Below, piece after piece: positions 26,574 through 40,778 of a DNA stretch of 64,000 nucleotides; position 1 is the stretch's first letter; the number at the start of each line of letters is the position of its first letter. A model generated the notes under the pieces. That model did not search any database, was not told where the DNA came from, and saw only the letters and a list, made by a program, of their open reading frames with translations. Source of the DNA: Eledone cirrhosa (lineage: Eukaryota); assembly GCA_964016885.1 (NCBI GenBank), contig OZ024741.1:121024001-121088000 (forward strand), read 5' to 3'. The translations under genes and the position numbers were made by a program.

Positions 26574-29525
26574 TATAATAATAATAATTTCTACTTTTGG
26601 CACAAGGCCAGCAATTACCCTAGTGTATTACTGATACTTTATTTTATCGACCCCTTATGGATGAAAGGCAAAGTTAACCTTAGCGAAATTTCAACTCAGA
26701 ACGTAAAGGGCTATAACTCTATGCCGCAAAGCATGGTGATAATAATAATAATATGCAGAGCAAAGAAAAAGAAAAAAAGAAAAAAAACTCACTCCCTACT
26801 TTCACCCCTTCGTTTCTGTAATCTGTATATTTTTTTATATCTTCATATACATATGTGTTTATCGGTGTATATGTGTATGTGTATATATATATATACACAC
26901 ACACGCACACACATATATGTTTATATATTTGAATGATTTGAAATTAGATATGTTGAAATCCAAACGTTCTCTGTAGTGGCTGCTAACCACTTATTTTCTG
27001 TGCCTGAGAATACTATATTTCACAGGGAGAGAGAGAGAGATTTAGAGTCCAAAATAACTACATTGGAATTCATTGTCAAAGGAATTGCATGTGAGAGAGA
27101 GAGAGGGAGAAGAAGGATTGACCTCAGTACTGGACCAATATTTTATTTATCAATCCTGGCAGGATGCAAGGCAAAGTAGACATCGGTAAGATTGAACTAA
27201 GAGCACAGAGTTGAAACAAATGCCACAAATCATTCTATTCAATGCTATTAATAAAAAAAACCTTCAAAGTTTCTTCTTTTTTAAACAAAAATTTAAAGCC
27301 AGAACTCTAAAAATATGATTTGAATAATTTATCTTACATGATATATAAGCTATCCTGATAACATTATATGAACCATCCTGCCTAAGAAGTAACTCTCAAG
27401 TTTTGATGTGTGATAATTATATGTGGTTAAGGAGTTAATTTTGCAACCATGTAGAGCCAGGTTCAATCCCACTGCATGGTATCTTGGGTTGGGGCAAGTG
27501 TGTTCTACCTTATTTTCAGGCTGACCAATGCTTTGTGAGTGAAGTTTGGTATATGAAAACTGCAGAAGTTCATTGTATGTATATATATATATATATGTGT
27601 GTGAGTGTGTGTGTGTCCACATCTGCATGTCCATGTGTGTCTCTGTGTTTTCATTAGTGTCTGTGTTTATGCCTTGTAACTTAGCAGTTCAATCAAAAGA
27701 GATAAGTATCAGACTTCCAAAAGTACCAAGGTTGATATGATTGACTAAATCAAGACAGTGCCCTAGCATAGCCACAGTCAAGTGACTGAAATAGGTAAAA
27801 GAATAAATTGTATAGTATTATAAATTAGAATATTATTATTTAATTATTATAAATTATTGTAAGTTGTCTCTAAAAAAGTTTGAAAGCTTTTCCCAATATG
27901 TGAAGAGATCAAAAAATTATCTTTGTGTGTAAAGGCATTAAAACTTTTCTCTGTGTGTGAAGGCTTTATCTTAGTGTAGGAAGGGCTTAAAAGCTTGCCT
28001 GAATATGTGGAAAACTTATCTTGGTGAGTGAAGAGCTCAAGAACTTATCTCAATGTGTCTCACATGGAAAGCTCAAAAGCTTGACTCAGTGTTTAAAGGG
28101 CTCAAGAATTCATTTTAATATGTGAAAAGGTCAAAAACATATCAGGTGTGAAAGGCTTAAAATCTTGTCTTAAAACTTAACTTAAAAGTGAAGGATTCAA
28201 AAGCTTGTCATTATTTTTGAAAGGCTCAAAAGCACGACTCAAAAGACACATGTACATGCACATGCACCCACATACTCTCACACACGCGTGTGTGTGTCTT
28301 GGACGTATTTAGTGAGATGTTGTCCTCTGGCTCATTTAGGAAGATAGTAGCTATGATTAAGTACTGAAATAGACTGTGCTGACCCGTCCAACCCATGTCA
28401 GTATAGAAAAGCAAATATAAAATGATGATGATAATGATTCAGAGTCTTCCATACCTTAGTTCTGTGATTTAATTCATAGTTTGACAAACATTATTACAGT
28501 AGGAGGTTATTTAATTGTTTTGATACCAAACTTCCCCAAACTTCTATTATACAAGACTTTGTTTTAATGTGTTTATGTTTATCCATTATAATTTTATGTA
28601 AGAACCTTTATTAAGTTATGTTCTAAACGGCATCTAAATAATGATTTTTAATTTAGGCACAAGGCCAGCAATTCAGAGACGGTGGGGTTGGGGTGTGGGC
28701 GATTAAATTGACCCCAATACTTGACTAGGGCTTATTTTAATGATCCCAGGATGAAAGGCAAAGTTGCTCTTGGTGGGATTTGAACTCGAGCCAGTACAAA
28801 TTGTGAGACATTTTCTCCAATACAGCAAACATTTTGCTAATTTATCACCATAAACACAGATTAATAATGAGAAAGTTAGTTGTATCACTAATTCCCTCCA
28901 AATTCTTGATTATTTTCCAAATTATTCAAAAATTTAAAAACATTGTCTTTCATAAGAAATATGGTAACAGCATGTTTAATTAATTAAACATTAAAGTATC
29001 TAATTAATTAAAATAATGTGATGTAATCATGTGTATTATTCATGTCTTCTGCAGTGTGAAAGTCTTCCTTAGTTATTTGTGGTATTGATATTACTTGGAA
29101 GAATAGAGAACAGGAAGTAATTCCTGTGGTCAATAATTCAGCTGTTAATTTACCAATGAACTAGTCCTGTCAGAAATAATTTTTACTTCAGGTAGAGGAG
29201 CAGTAGTTTAGGTGGGGAGAAAGTTGATTAAATTGACCCCAGTATGGTACTTTATTGTATCAACCTTGAAAAGATAAAAGGCTAAGTTGACCTCGGTCAT
29301 AACTGAACATTGCAAAGTATTCTGTGTAGTGCTTTAATGATTCTGCCAATCCACAACCTTTGTGCTGTATATATAGATTGTAATTATATTGAACATATTC
29401 AATGTATGCAGTCTAGGTTTGGTATGCCATATATACCAGGATAACCATAGAAAGGAACAGTTAAACTAGGATATTTCATTTTGATAAATTAAAGATTTCC
29501 ATTGCTGATACATGGGAGTGATTAA

Positions 29526-29724
29526 CCCTTTAGCATTTAAACCAGCCATATCCGGCCAGAAATTCTTTCAACCTTTTCTGTTCAAACCGGCTGCTCATAC
29601 TTATTTTAAGGTATTGTTCTCAAAATAGATAATATCAAAATCTCATAGATTCAATATTATGTGAGATAAAGCGTTAACTGTGAAAATGCAATAGTAAATA
29701 TAGAGCAATGTAAATGCTAAAGGG
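29526..29724. mobile_element. piggyBac-type MITE; copies at 3801-4020, 21721-21929 and partial 20145-20272
   Basis: TTAA|CCCTTTAGCATTTA ... TAAATGCTAAAGGG|TTAA. Confidence 0.85.
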
Positions 29725-30312
29725 TTAAAGATTAGAATGATATTTTGAAAATTTATTTCTAGAATATAATTGCATAAAGGTTTGGCATATATGTATAAAT
29801 GACATACAAGATTAAATGTATGAGTAACTTGAAAGAAATAACTATTTATATGTACAAATGTAGGGTGAGAACCTAGTACCTTGTGAACTTGAAGGTGAAC
29901 TTCTTATAGCAACATGACTGAGATAGGAAATGCATTGTTTGTATGTGTGTGTGTAAATTCTAAAGAGTTACTGATGGATATATATAAATATATATATATA
30001 TGTATATATGCATATATGTGGAGGCACGTAACCTAGTGGTAAGGGTGTTGGACTTATAATCATAATGCTGTGGGTTCGATTCCTGTGTTGTGTGTTGTGT
30101 TCTTGAGCAAAACACTTCATTTTACGTTGCTCCAGTATACTCAGCTGAAAATAAGTACCAGCAATAGCTGGGGCTTTAACCCTGCAATGGACTGGCATCC
30201 TGTCCAGGGAGGAGTCTTGTGCTCTCAGTCGCTTCATGCCATGAAACCGGGATAAGCACCGGCCAAATAAGCCTTCTGGCTTAAGACAGACTTTAGACAC
30301 ATATACATAGAT

Positions 30313-30347
<35 letters not shown>

Positions 30348-30544
30348 CATACACACATACAAGCACATGCATGTCATTATTACGGTTGATAGAACTAGGT
30401 TTACCATTTTTTTGTTTGAAGCATAAGCTGACTCTTTGGTGGAGGGGAGGTCCTCATCTTTCCCCTTCTCCCCATATACTAGCTGAGTCTTCTTGCTTGC
30501 ATGTTACATTTGATTCTCTTAATCCAGTTTGTTTCTCATCTCAT

Positions 30545-32640
30545 TTGTACTCTGTCATATATACTCAGTAACATTACACATCCAGCAGTGCATCATTGTT
30601 TTATTTCTTTCACACCTTCTTCTCATTCAATATCCTTGCTTAACTTACTACACAATATTGCACTAAAAATCATCTGTGCTTCATTGTTCATGCACTTTAA
30701 TACATCTGCTGGAACATGCTTACTTCATTTCTTTCAAACATTCACAGCATTTACATATTTTCTGCATTATTGTTTGGCTACTGTGCAATATAACATTTCA
30801 TACACAAGCATAATAAAATCTACCCTTCATTCTTCATTCACAGAGAGAATCCCTTTGTTGCCAATAGAGGTATTAGCTCCCTGAACCATTTCCAACCTGT
30901 TCTTACTCTGGCAACTGTGTCTTTAGAATATCCTCCTCCACTACAAATTAGGTCACCTATATAGTAGAAGCTATCGACTACTTTTAAGTAGCCTTCCAAG
31001 TATTTGAATGAATTTGTTTTATGGGTGTCTTTACTGCTAACTGGAGGCCTAGAGGTAAGGGTGTGGGACTTATGATCATAATGTTGTGGGTTCAATTCTT
31101 GGACTGGGTTTTGTGTTGTGTTCTTCAGCAAAACACATCATTTCATGTTACGACAGTATATTCAGCTGAAAACAAGTACCAGCAGTAATAGCTGGGAGTT
31201 TAACCCTTTGATAGACTGGCTCTTGTACTCTCAGTTGCTTAATGTCACAGAAACCTGGATAAGCACCAGCCTGATGAGCCTCTGGGCTCTAGACAGACTT
31301 TAGACTTTTATTTTCACTGCTAACTACACATGTGTATTTGTGTAACATAAAGTATTACTTCTCTATCAGCCTATCTGTGATCCAACTGTATCTCTTATGC
31401 ATTCATAGTTTACATTCAATACGCCATATAGCATTCCTACTTACTTCTTTTCTGCATATCCCAACATGGTCACTTCTCAACTGGTAGTAGAGTTTTGTCT
31501 TCTTTCTTTCTTGCTAACTAAAACTTTTGTTTATGCTAGGTTGTCTTTGGGACTTCATGATTCTAGGTTTTGTTTTTATGTTTAGAACTTTTTCTCTAAA
31601 TATTCAACAGATTCCGTGCTGAGAGCTTAGGTCATCAGTATACAGAAATTCCCATAAATAACCAGTCTTTAACCTTCTGTTATGGCCTGGATAACTGCAA
31701 TAAAAAAGAGTAGGCAGAGAACTAGTCCCTGGTAAACATCTAGCTGCATACTAAATTCCTTGTTGAACTTAGTAAACTCTTACCTTACCAATGGCCTCTC
31801 TGTACATGACTTGCACATCTTTCACAAGCCATACATCAACATCTAGTTCTCTTAGGGACCACAAGACTACAGAGTGTAGTAAACTGTGAAAGTCCTTTTG
31901 TAAGTCACCAAATGCTAGCTACAATGGCTTGCTTTTTGCTAAGGACTTCTGTAGTTGTCACACCATGAAAATGGCATCAGTAATACCTCACTCTTTCACA
32001 AATCCAAACTGTATCTCATCCACATCTGTTTTCTTGCTAATTATTGTATTTCTCAGCATGGAAGACGTTTTTCCCCCCAAAATATATCTGGAAAATTTAC
32101 CACGCTTCTTGGAGACTGAAGGTTATTTTAGGTGAAAGTTTAATATTTATATTAAAACTTAAAAATGGGAATATGTCCGATGCTGAGAATATGGTAGTTG
32201 TACTATAACTATTACTTTCAATACTTGGTCCATCAATTTGATTCCTTTGTCCTCGTAGCAGTTGACAGTAATGATGGTATTGTATGGTTCCGTAACTCCT
32301 GATGGAGTTGTAGGTGTGCTATAATGGCATATGGTGCTTCTTGGACATTTTAAGTCTGGCTGAGCCAATCCCTCTTTAGTAATGATACTTCTACACTAAT
32401 CATTAGGAATGACCTCTTCCTGTACTATCTTCATCCACAATCCTGCTCTATAGTCCACAGCAGATCTGCTATAGGTCTCTATTACTTTCTCCTTTTTAAT
32501 ATATGAGTCAGCTAATATTTATTTGAACATATCTGGCTGTGGGATCTTCCAACTCACATCCAACTTCACTCTCCAGATTATCTTGTATCTCTCAGTCTGT
32601 CTAACTTTAACGGTGATTTCACCACACCTGTCTACATTGA
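30545..32640 (-). mobile_element. old RTE LINE fragment with a nested SINE (about 31047-31305)
   Basis: - strand LKVVDSFYYIGDLICSGGG...ARVRTGWKWFREL and RT remnants; SINE head ggaggcctagaggtaagggtgtggg inside. Confidence 0.8.
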
Positions 32641-33513
32641 ATACATGCATACACACACACACACACACATACATACATACAAGACACACATATATACATA
32701 CACACATAAATAAAAAAAAAATGGCACTCCTCAGTTACAATGACGAGTGCTCCAGTTGATCCGATCAACAGAACAGTCTATTCATGAAATTAACGTGTAA
32801 GTGGTTGCGCATTCCGCAGACACACGTATCCGTAATGTAGTTCTCAGCGAAATTCAGCATGGTGCAGAATGTGACAGCGCTGGCTCTTCGAATTACAGGT
32901 ACCTAACACTTTTGCCAGCTGAGTGGACTGGAACAATGTGAAATAAAATGTTTTGCTGAAGGACTCAACATGCTGTTGGGAATTGAACTCACAAGCTTAC
33001 AATTGTGAACTTAATATTCTAACCACTAAGCCACGCACCTTCACCCCACACCCCATATATATATTATCACATTTGTATATAATATTTTCAGATTTGATCA
33101 TTTCCCATTTTCGTTCGAAGTTCTTTGTCTCTTGCCATTTTGGGAAGAAATCTTTATTAAAATATAATGAGCATAATTAACAATTATCCTGGCCAGTAAT
33201 ACTCATCATATTTTATTGTTTTTTTTTTGTTTTTTTTCTACTTTTCTTGTTTATATGTATGTATTTCTGTGTGTGTCACAACACCAGCACAAAATGTAAT
33301 ATTGAAAAGTATACTTTGAAAAGCTAACTATAGCTGAATCCGGTCAGTACAAAAACAAATGAGATAACCATAACTGTTTCTGCAAACTCCTTTAAAAAAA
33401 AAACTATAATTTATTCTATATGAATTAATATCTTTTCATTATGTATTGTAAATTTGCATGTATATATATAACAAAAAAGCATTAAGTGCATCAACTCTTT
33501 ATTGTTATTTTCC

Positions 33514-33556
<43 letters not shown>

Positions 33557-33598
33557 CAATTTAGCTTCAGGCACACACACACACGTATATATATAAAT

Positions 33599-33698
<100 letters not shown>

Positions 33699-33822
33699 TT
33701 GATAGTAGCTAAGATGCTTCCATAGGCGGTATGCCGGTTGAGCACTCTATGCTCTTACAGAACAGAGTATGATATAATAGAAAATGAAAAATCAGTGATG
33801 CATCTGAACTCAATTTATTGTG

Positions 33823-34011
33823 TGTTACAATTGTTTCGCTGGCGGACAGCTCGAGACGCGATCATTGTGTGGATCTGTCTGATTCTGGACCCGCAGGTTC
33901 GACGGACACGTCTAATGATTTCGGAGCATATTCTCTCACAGTGAGACAGAATCAGACAGATCCACACAATGATCACGTCTCGAGCTGTCTGCCGGCGAAA
34001 CAATTGTAACA
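33823..34011. repeat. inverted repeat, 65-bp arms (3 mismatches), 59-nt spacer
   Basis: 33823-33887 versus 33947-34011. Confidence 0.9.
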
Positions 34012-34819
34012 ATTGTATATATACACATACAAATACATACACACACACACAACCACACACACATATATATATACACAGACACATATATATATATATATAC
34101 ACACATACATGCTGCATTTAAGCATGTATTGAATTCTACCCTGATTTGTGGTCTTCCAGTCGGTAAACGCATCACATACTCATCATCATCATCACACACC
34201 AGACACTCCTCATCAAACACACACACACACTAGTTGGTTTGTCAGCTTCTACTCTAACAGTATTTTCAAAGAATAGGAGTACCCATTCAAAACAGATCTG
34301 TTCTCCAGCTTGGTATCTTTCTAACACTTTTCATATTTTATCGTTATCCTTTTCTTCTCTTACTCTACATCGATGAAGGGTTTCACCTGAAATGTCAGAC
34401 CTTTTTCTTTTTTCTGTCTCTCTCTTTATATACATAATATTCATGTGTGTGTCTGTATATATATGTGTGTGTGTGTGTGCATGCTCACAGGTGCACACAA
34501 TAGGAAGAAGCAATTTATGGTGACTTTTCTCTGCTAAAGCTTGGCTAGACTTGTGACCCCACATGACAGGCTACACACTCATCATGGGTCATTTTTGAGG
34601 CAATGTATGTGTATGTGTGTGTGTGTTTAATGTCTATTATGGACCACATTCTGTGTGTGTTGGTGTTTGAAAAGGTTACAAAAATTACACAAAAGGAAAA
34701 ATATATAAGGCATGGAAACACAAGGTCAAATCCAGATTATTTCACAGTCTATAGTAGGCAGCTGATGAGGTGGGCATTGTTTTCTGTCTTCTTTACTTAT
34801 TTACTTGATATAACTTTCT

Positions 34820-34851
<32 letters not shown>

Positions 34852-35107
34852 CACACATTTATATATTTTTAAAAGTTTGAATCGACAAGATCTCAGAACT
34901 CATTCACTTACCAAGTGAGGTGAAACTTGTCAGATGAGACCAAGGAAACAATGTTTCCATTGGTCTTTCCAATATATATATGTCTAGGGCGAGTAAAATT
35001 CCCGAGATATATATGTATGTATGTATATATATATATATGTGTGTATGCTAGCGTGGAAAATGGACGTTAAACGAAGACGATGATGATGATGATGATGATG
35101 ATATATA

Positions 35108-35152
<45 letters not shown>

Positions 35153-35171
35153 GTATATATATATATATATA

Positions 35172-35225
<54 letters not shown>

Positions 35226-35226
35226 A

Positions 35227-35280
<54 letters not shown>

Positions 35281-35282
<2 letters not shown>

Positions 35283-35770
35283 TTATGGCGCATGTTTCTC
35301 AGACATGACATCCTTAATTTAATTTTGGTTATATATATATATATATATATACACATAATCATATATAAATTTGTCAGTAATATATTTTACATCTCAATAA
35401 ATAAAATTGCTTTGAATCTAATTGAGAAGCTTATAAATATAAATATATAAATATCTTAAATAAGGTGCAGACTAACCAAAGGGAAGATTGCAGTAAAGGA
35501 CTTTAAAATAAAGAAACTTCCCAAGCACTAGGAGTAGATTCCTTGTTAAGCAACCTAAATCTAGAGAGCTCAACAAATGATCCCCTTACTGCAGTTTCAC
35601 AAGCAAAAGAACAGAATTGACCAACCCAATTGATAATTAATCAATTAAGATAACTCATTCTGCTAGAACTTGCCGATCACCAGAGAGGGTTCTATTTCCT
35701 ATTGTAAGGAAAAAGATATATTTATCTGTTGCTGAACACTATGTACATTCAAAAGGTCTTGCATGGTGCA
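35281..35770 (-). mobile_element. probable highly decayed Penelope-like GIY-YIG 3' end
   Basis: - strand SRFRLLNKES resembles the PLE endonuclease C-terminal FxLLIKESLLI motif; a very decayed hammerhead-like GAAACATGCG lies downstream; flanked by (TA)n. Confidence 0.35.
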
Positions 35771-35780
35771 TAATACTGTA

Positions 35781-35831
<51 letters not shown>

Positions 35832-36176
35832 AGGCACATGGCTTAGTGGTTAGAGCATTGTCCTTGCAATCGAAAGGACCGGGTGATGTGTTGTTTCCTT
35901 GACCAAGACATTTTATTTCACATTGCTCCAGTTTACTCAGCTGTAGAAATGAGACTGGGGTCCCTATCATTCCACTGCAAAGTGGTCGTGGAGGTGCCAC
36001 GGCAAAAAAGCACCCAGCACTCACTGTAAATGAGGTTGGTGTTAGGAAGGGCATCCAGCTGTAGAAATCAAGCCAGAATCGGTTCCCGTCCCACCCTTGC
36101 AAGCAGGGAAATGTGGACGTAAAATGAAATGATGATGAATGATGATATAAAGACACATATATATTAGTCTTTCCAA

Positions 36177-36240
<64 letters not shown>

Positions 36241-39200
36241 CATACTTTATTTCATGTTGCTCCAGTTCACTCTGTTGGAAAAAAAAGAGTTGCTATGTCA
36301 CTTGTAACAAGCTGTATCGGTCTTTGCCTTTCGCTTGGTGCCATGGATAGGGGTGACTTGTATGTATGGGTGAATGCTTGGTCTTGTGCCTCGGAGGGGA
36401 ACCTTCCAAGTGAAAATCCGATGGCCATTCATGATCAAAGGGTGTCTTTGCCCATTATATATATATATCTATGATAAAGTTCTATCTATACATACAGAGT
36501 GTGTAACCGAGACTGCACCAATGTGTGTGTGTATATATATATAAGTGCACACACACTCATGTACATACCTGCACATATTCATACACACTCTTCCATGCAC
36601 ACACATGTTGCTATTACATACACACACATAGCTGAACTCACACACACACAGACACAATTTGCTGGATACATGGTTTTTTAAAATTTTCTAGCTGTAACTA
36701 TTTCACTGTTTCTTCCATGATTTTATTATTATTATTTTTACTGAATATTATTATTGTTAATGTTAATATTATTGTTATTGTTTAGCCCCAAGTTAGCACT
36801 GATTGAGCAGACCTATGATCAAAAGTATTTTCCAGCCTTGACCACCCATATTATTTTCAAGAAAAGTTTATCTCTGACTATATCATCCCAAATTGTCATT
36901 TTTTTGGAAAGGCAAGGTAGTAGAATGTATTTTGAAGGAAATTTGGCTGCTGTTTCTAGCAGACAAACGAGACCATGTAGAAGCTTCCTCATACATGAAT
37001 ATTGTAATTTAATTTACTCTTCACAATAAACCTTCCCTCATCTCATTATTTTTTTTAAAAGGGGCGGTGAATTGGCAGTATTGGTAGAGAGTCGGACGCC
37101 ATGCTTTGCAGCATAGTTACGTCCCTTTACGATCTGAGTTCAAATCCCGCCGAGGTTAACTTTGCCTTTCATCCTTACGGGGTCGATAAAATAAAGTACC
37201 AGTAATGTACTGGGTATTACTGGCCTTGTGCCAAAAGTAGACACAATTATTTTTTTTAAATTTGAGATCATAACACCTTATAGGAGTGGCTCCCAAACTT
37301 TTTACTACCAAAGACCCCTTTTATTTAAATGAACTTTCCTAAGGACATTCTTGTTACAATTACCCCTCTCTCATAGTTATACAGTGAGAATTACAATTGA
37401 AAGAGAGAAATGTTTATATTTAGAGAACAATAGATACCCAATAGTGTATATATTATGTTTATAACAATCTACTAGAAATTGTTATACAGTGAGAATAACC
37501 ATTGAAAGAGAAATGTTTATACTTTGAGAAGAATGGATACCCAATAGTGTATATATATATATTATGTTTTTTTTAACAAAGTACTTGATATTTTGAACTC
37601 AGTTTATAGACACCATGGAGTCCATAGAAACTTGATTGGGAACCTGTCCCCTATATGATAAATCTTATTGTTGTATAATTGGTTAATGTATTGTATATAC
37701 TTGTTTATAAGCTGGGAAATATGTAACAAAAGATAAATTGATGGTAAAATGGGGACCGGCTTATATTTCAAGGTCAAAATTTTGCCAAGGTGAATATTAC
37801 ATTGGTTTTACATTGGAGGTGAATATTACACCAGTTTCACTTTGGAGGTGAATACTACACCAGTTTCATTTTGGAGATAAAATTTGATTTTCCTATTATT
37901 TTTTATGTGTTATGAATGAATATAACCTTCAAATTGGTCAGAAATTTGTAAAAAATCTTTATCTAATGGAGTTGTAGCACAAAAATTATAGTCTAAATAA
38001 CACTTAAAACATTTTAAATATCAAAATTTTAAACTTCATAAATATATTCTCTACTTAAGAGAATTTCAAAACCATGCCATCTAAACATTATGCTTATACA
38101 TGGGATTTGAACTTTTGCCTATTTCTCAAACATAAAATTAGGCGTTCGGTTTATTTAAATTGGCTTATATTCAAGTGTATATGGTAAATCTACTACTCCA
38201 TGAGTAGTAGATTAGTTGCCAGGTTTTGTCTGTGTGGTGACACAACAGTGTCACCAGCCAAGGTAATTAGGCCTTCTTGTTAATCAATCCTTTTGATATC
38301 AAGCCACTTGAAACCCCCTCAGGTTCCATAATATAAAACTGTTTATTTTAAAGTGTTTATATTTATATAAAAAAAAAACCTTCCAACATATTTTTTTGTA
38401 AGAATATTTAAGTTGTTCCTAAATAATGAGAAAGTTATTTTTCTGAATAGAGTATTCTAGATGTTTTGATGAAATAAAGATGAAGCTACTCATGGAATTA
38501 TTAGGCATATTTGACTATTTCTCATTTACTTTACATCAGAGTTATGGCCCTTTACATTCTGAGTTTAAATCCCACTGAGGTTAACATTGCCTTTCATCCT
38601 TTTGGAGTTCGATAAAATAAAGCACCAGTAATGCACCGGGGCTGATTTAATCGACTTTCCCCTACACCCAAATTGCTGGCCTTGTGCCTAAAGCAGAAAC
38701 AATTATTATTATTTGTAGGTTGGTGAGTTGAAGGGGGTATTAATGCTGAATTATGAATAAATTTTTTACTCATAAAGTTCTGTTATCATCACCATCATAA
38801 TTGTTTAACATCTGTTTTCCCTGCTAGCAAGGGTTGGATGGGTCATCACAGACCAAGTCAGTACTTAATTGGAGCTACTGACTTCTCAGATGGGCTGGGG
38901 ACCACATATTGCTTACATATGTTTCCCCACACACACTCTCTCTTTAGTCTCCCAAGTGAATTTTCATGACACCATCATAAGGGAGGTTGTCAGATAGTGT
39001 GTGTGTTAAGTGGTGGAGTAGGCCAACTTAATTTTGTTGTGACCATATTTCTAACAAGAATATACTGCCATTGTTTTAGTTATTAAAAATAATCAATGAT
39101 TACGAGAGGTTTAGTGAAATAACTTTCAAAAGACAACTATTCAACTACTGAAATATGATATCTGCCATGTAATAATGGTTTCTGATTTTGGTACAAGACC

Positions 39201-40725
39201 AACAATTTGAAGGGAAGGGAAAAGTCGATTAAATCAATGCCAGTTTGTTACTGGTACTTTATTATCTGTCATGTAATAATAAGAATTAAATTCATAGTTT
39301 TAATTGAAATTTGAACACTTTAACCCTTTTGATATTAAACCACCCAAAACCACCCCTGGTTCTACAATACAAAGATGTTTATATTTTATCTAAAAACCTT
39401 CCGTTACAATTTTATGTAAGAACTTTTATTAAGTTATGTTCCAAATGTCATCCTAATAATGAGAAAGTTAATTATCTTACTAAATCCCTCTAAATTATTG
39501 ATTATTTTCAAAATGATTTGAAAATCACAAACAGTGTCTTTCATTATTAAAAATATGGTAATGAAAGGGTAAATAGATGCAGTTTTTGGGTGTTGATGTT
39601 TAAAGGTTTAATTGCTTGTAACCCTAACTCCTCCACACCCACACATCCCAATAAATAAATATTTCTGGGCACCGTGGCCACCAATGTTTGGTAAAAAAAA
39701 AAGATACTTTTTTTTATACTGTAATTTCTATACTGACATACATGCTTTAATCCTACTCTCAATCCCCACTACCCTGTCAATCTCCACCCCCTCTCAATGT
39801 CTCTCCCTTCTGTTAAACCCCCTCACAACCTTTCCATCCCTGTCCCTCTTCAGTTCATTTCTCCCCATCACCGCCACACTCTTGCATTAATTAAATTGCC
39901 ATGATATATAATAGAAAAATCATCATCATCATTATCTTCGTCGTCATTAATGTTTTCTTCATGTGAACCCTTTGTGGTTAATAAAGAAATCATCATCATC
40001 ATCATCCTTATTATTATTGCGGTAGATTGGCAGACCTGTTAGAGCATTAGACAAAATGTGTTGTGGTATTTGTTTCGCCTCTTTATGTTCTGAGTTCAAA
40101 TCTCACCGAGGTTAACTTTGCCTTTCATCCTTTGAGGAGTCGATAAAACAAAAGTACCAGTCAACTACTGTGGTTAATGTAATCAACTTCCCCCCACTTT
40201 CCCAAAATTGCTGGCCTTGTGCCTGAATTAAAAACCCATTGTTATTAGGCTGGTGGATTGGATTAGCAGAATGTTTGGACCCTTGGACAAAATACTTGGC
40301 GGTATTTAGCTGTGACACTTTCTATTCTGATTTCAAATCCTGCCGAGGTCAACTTTTCATAAAACCAATCAAGTACTGGGGTCAATATAATCGACTTTGT
40401 TCTTCCCCCCAAAGTGCTGGCCTTGTGCCAATGTTAGAAAGAATTATTATTATTATTATTATTATTATTATTTGTTGCCCCTCAATTGGTGCTGTTTTCT
40501 GTTTTTTTTTTCAATTTTGTTATTTAAAAAAAAAAAACTAAAGAGCAATTCTCATGACAAATCTACTCGTGCCAATTATTCATGCTGTTTCTATCACTTC
40601 TTCACGTTAAATTTTTTTTCTTTAGTGGGGAGAGGAAAAGGTTGTGCGGAAGTCCCACACCTCTCCCTTCCCAAACATTGTTTGTTGTTTAATTTTTTAA
40701 TGTTTATAAACTTTAACGTTTTTCC

Positions 40726-40778
<53 letters not shown>

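Noticed and set aside
39720-39770. Hammerhead-like remnant on the - strand
   Set aside because: Both core segments are too degenerate to support a call.
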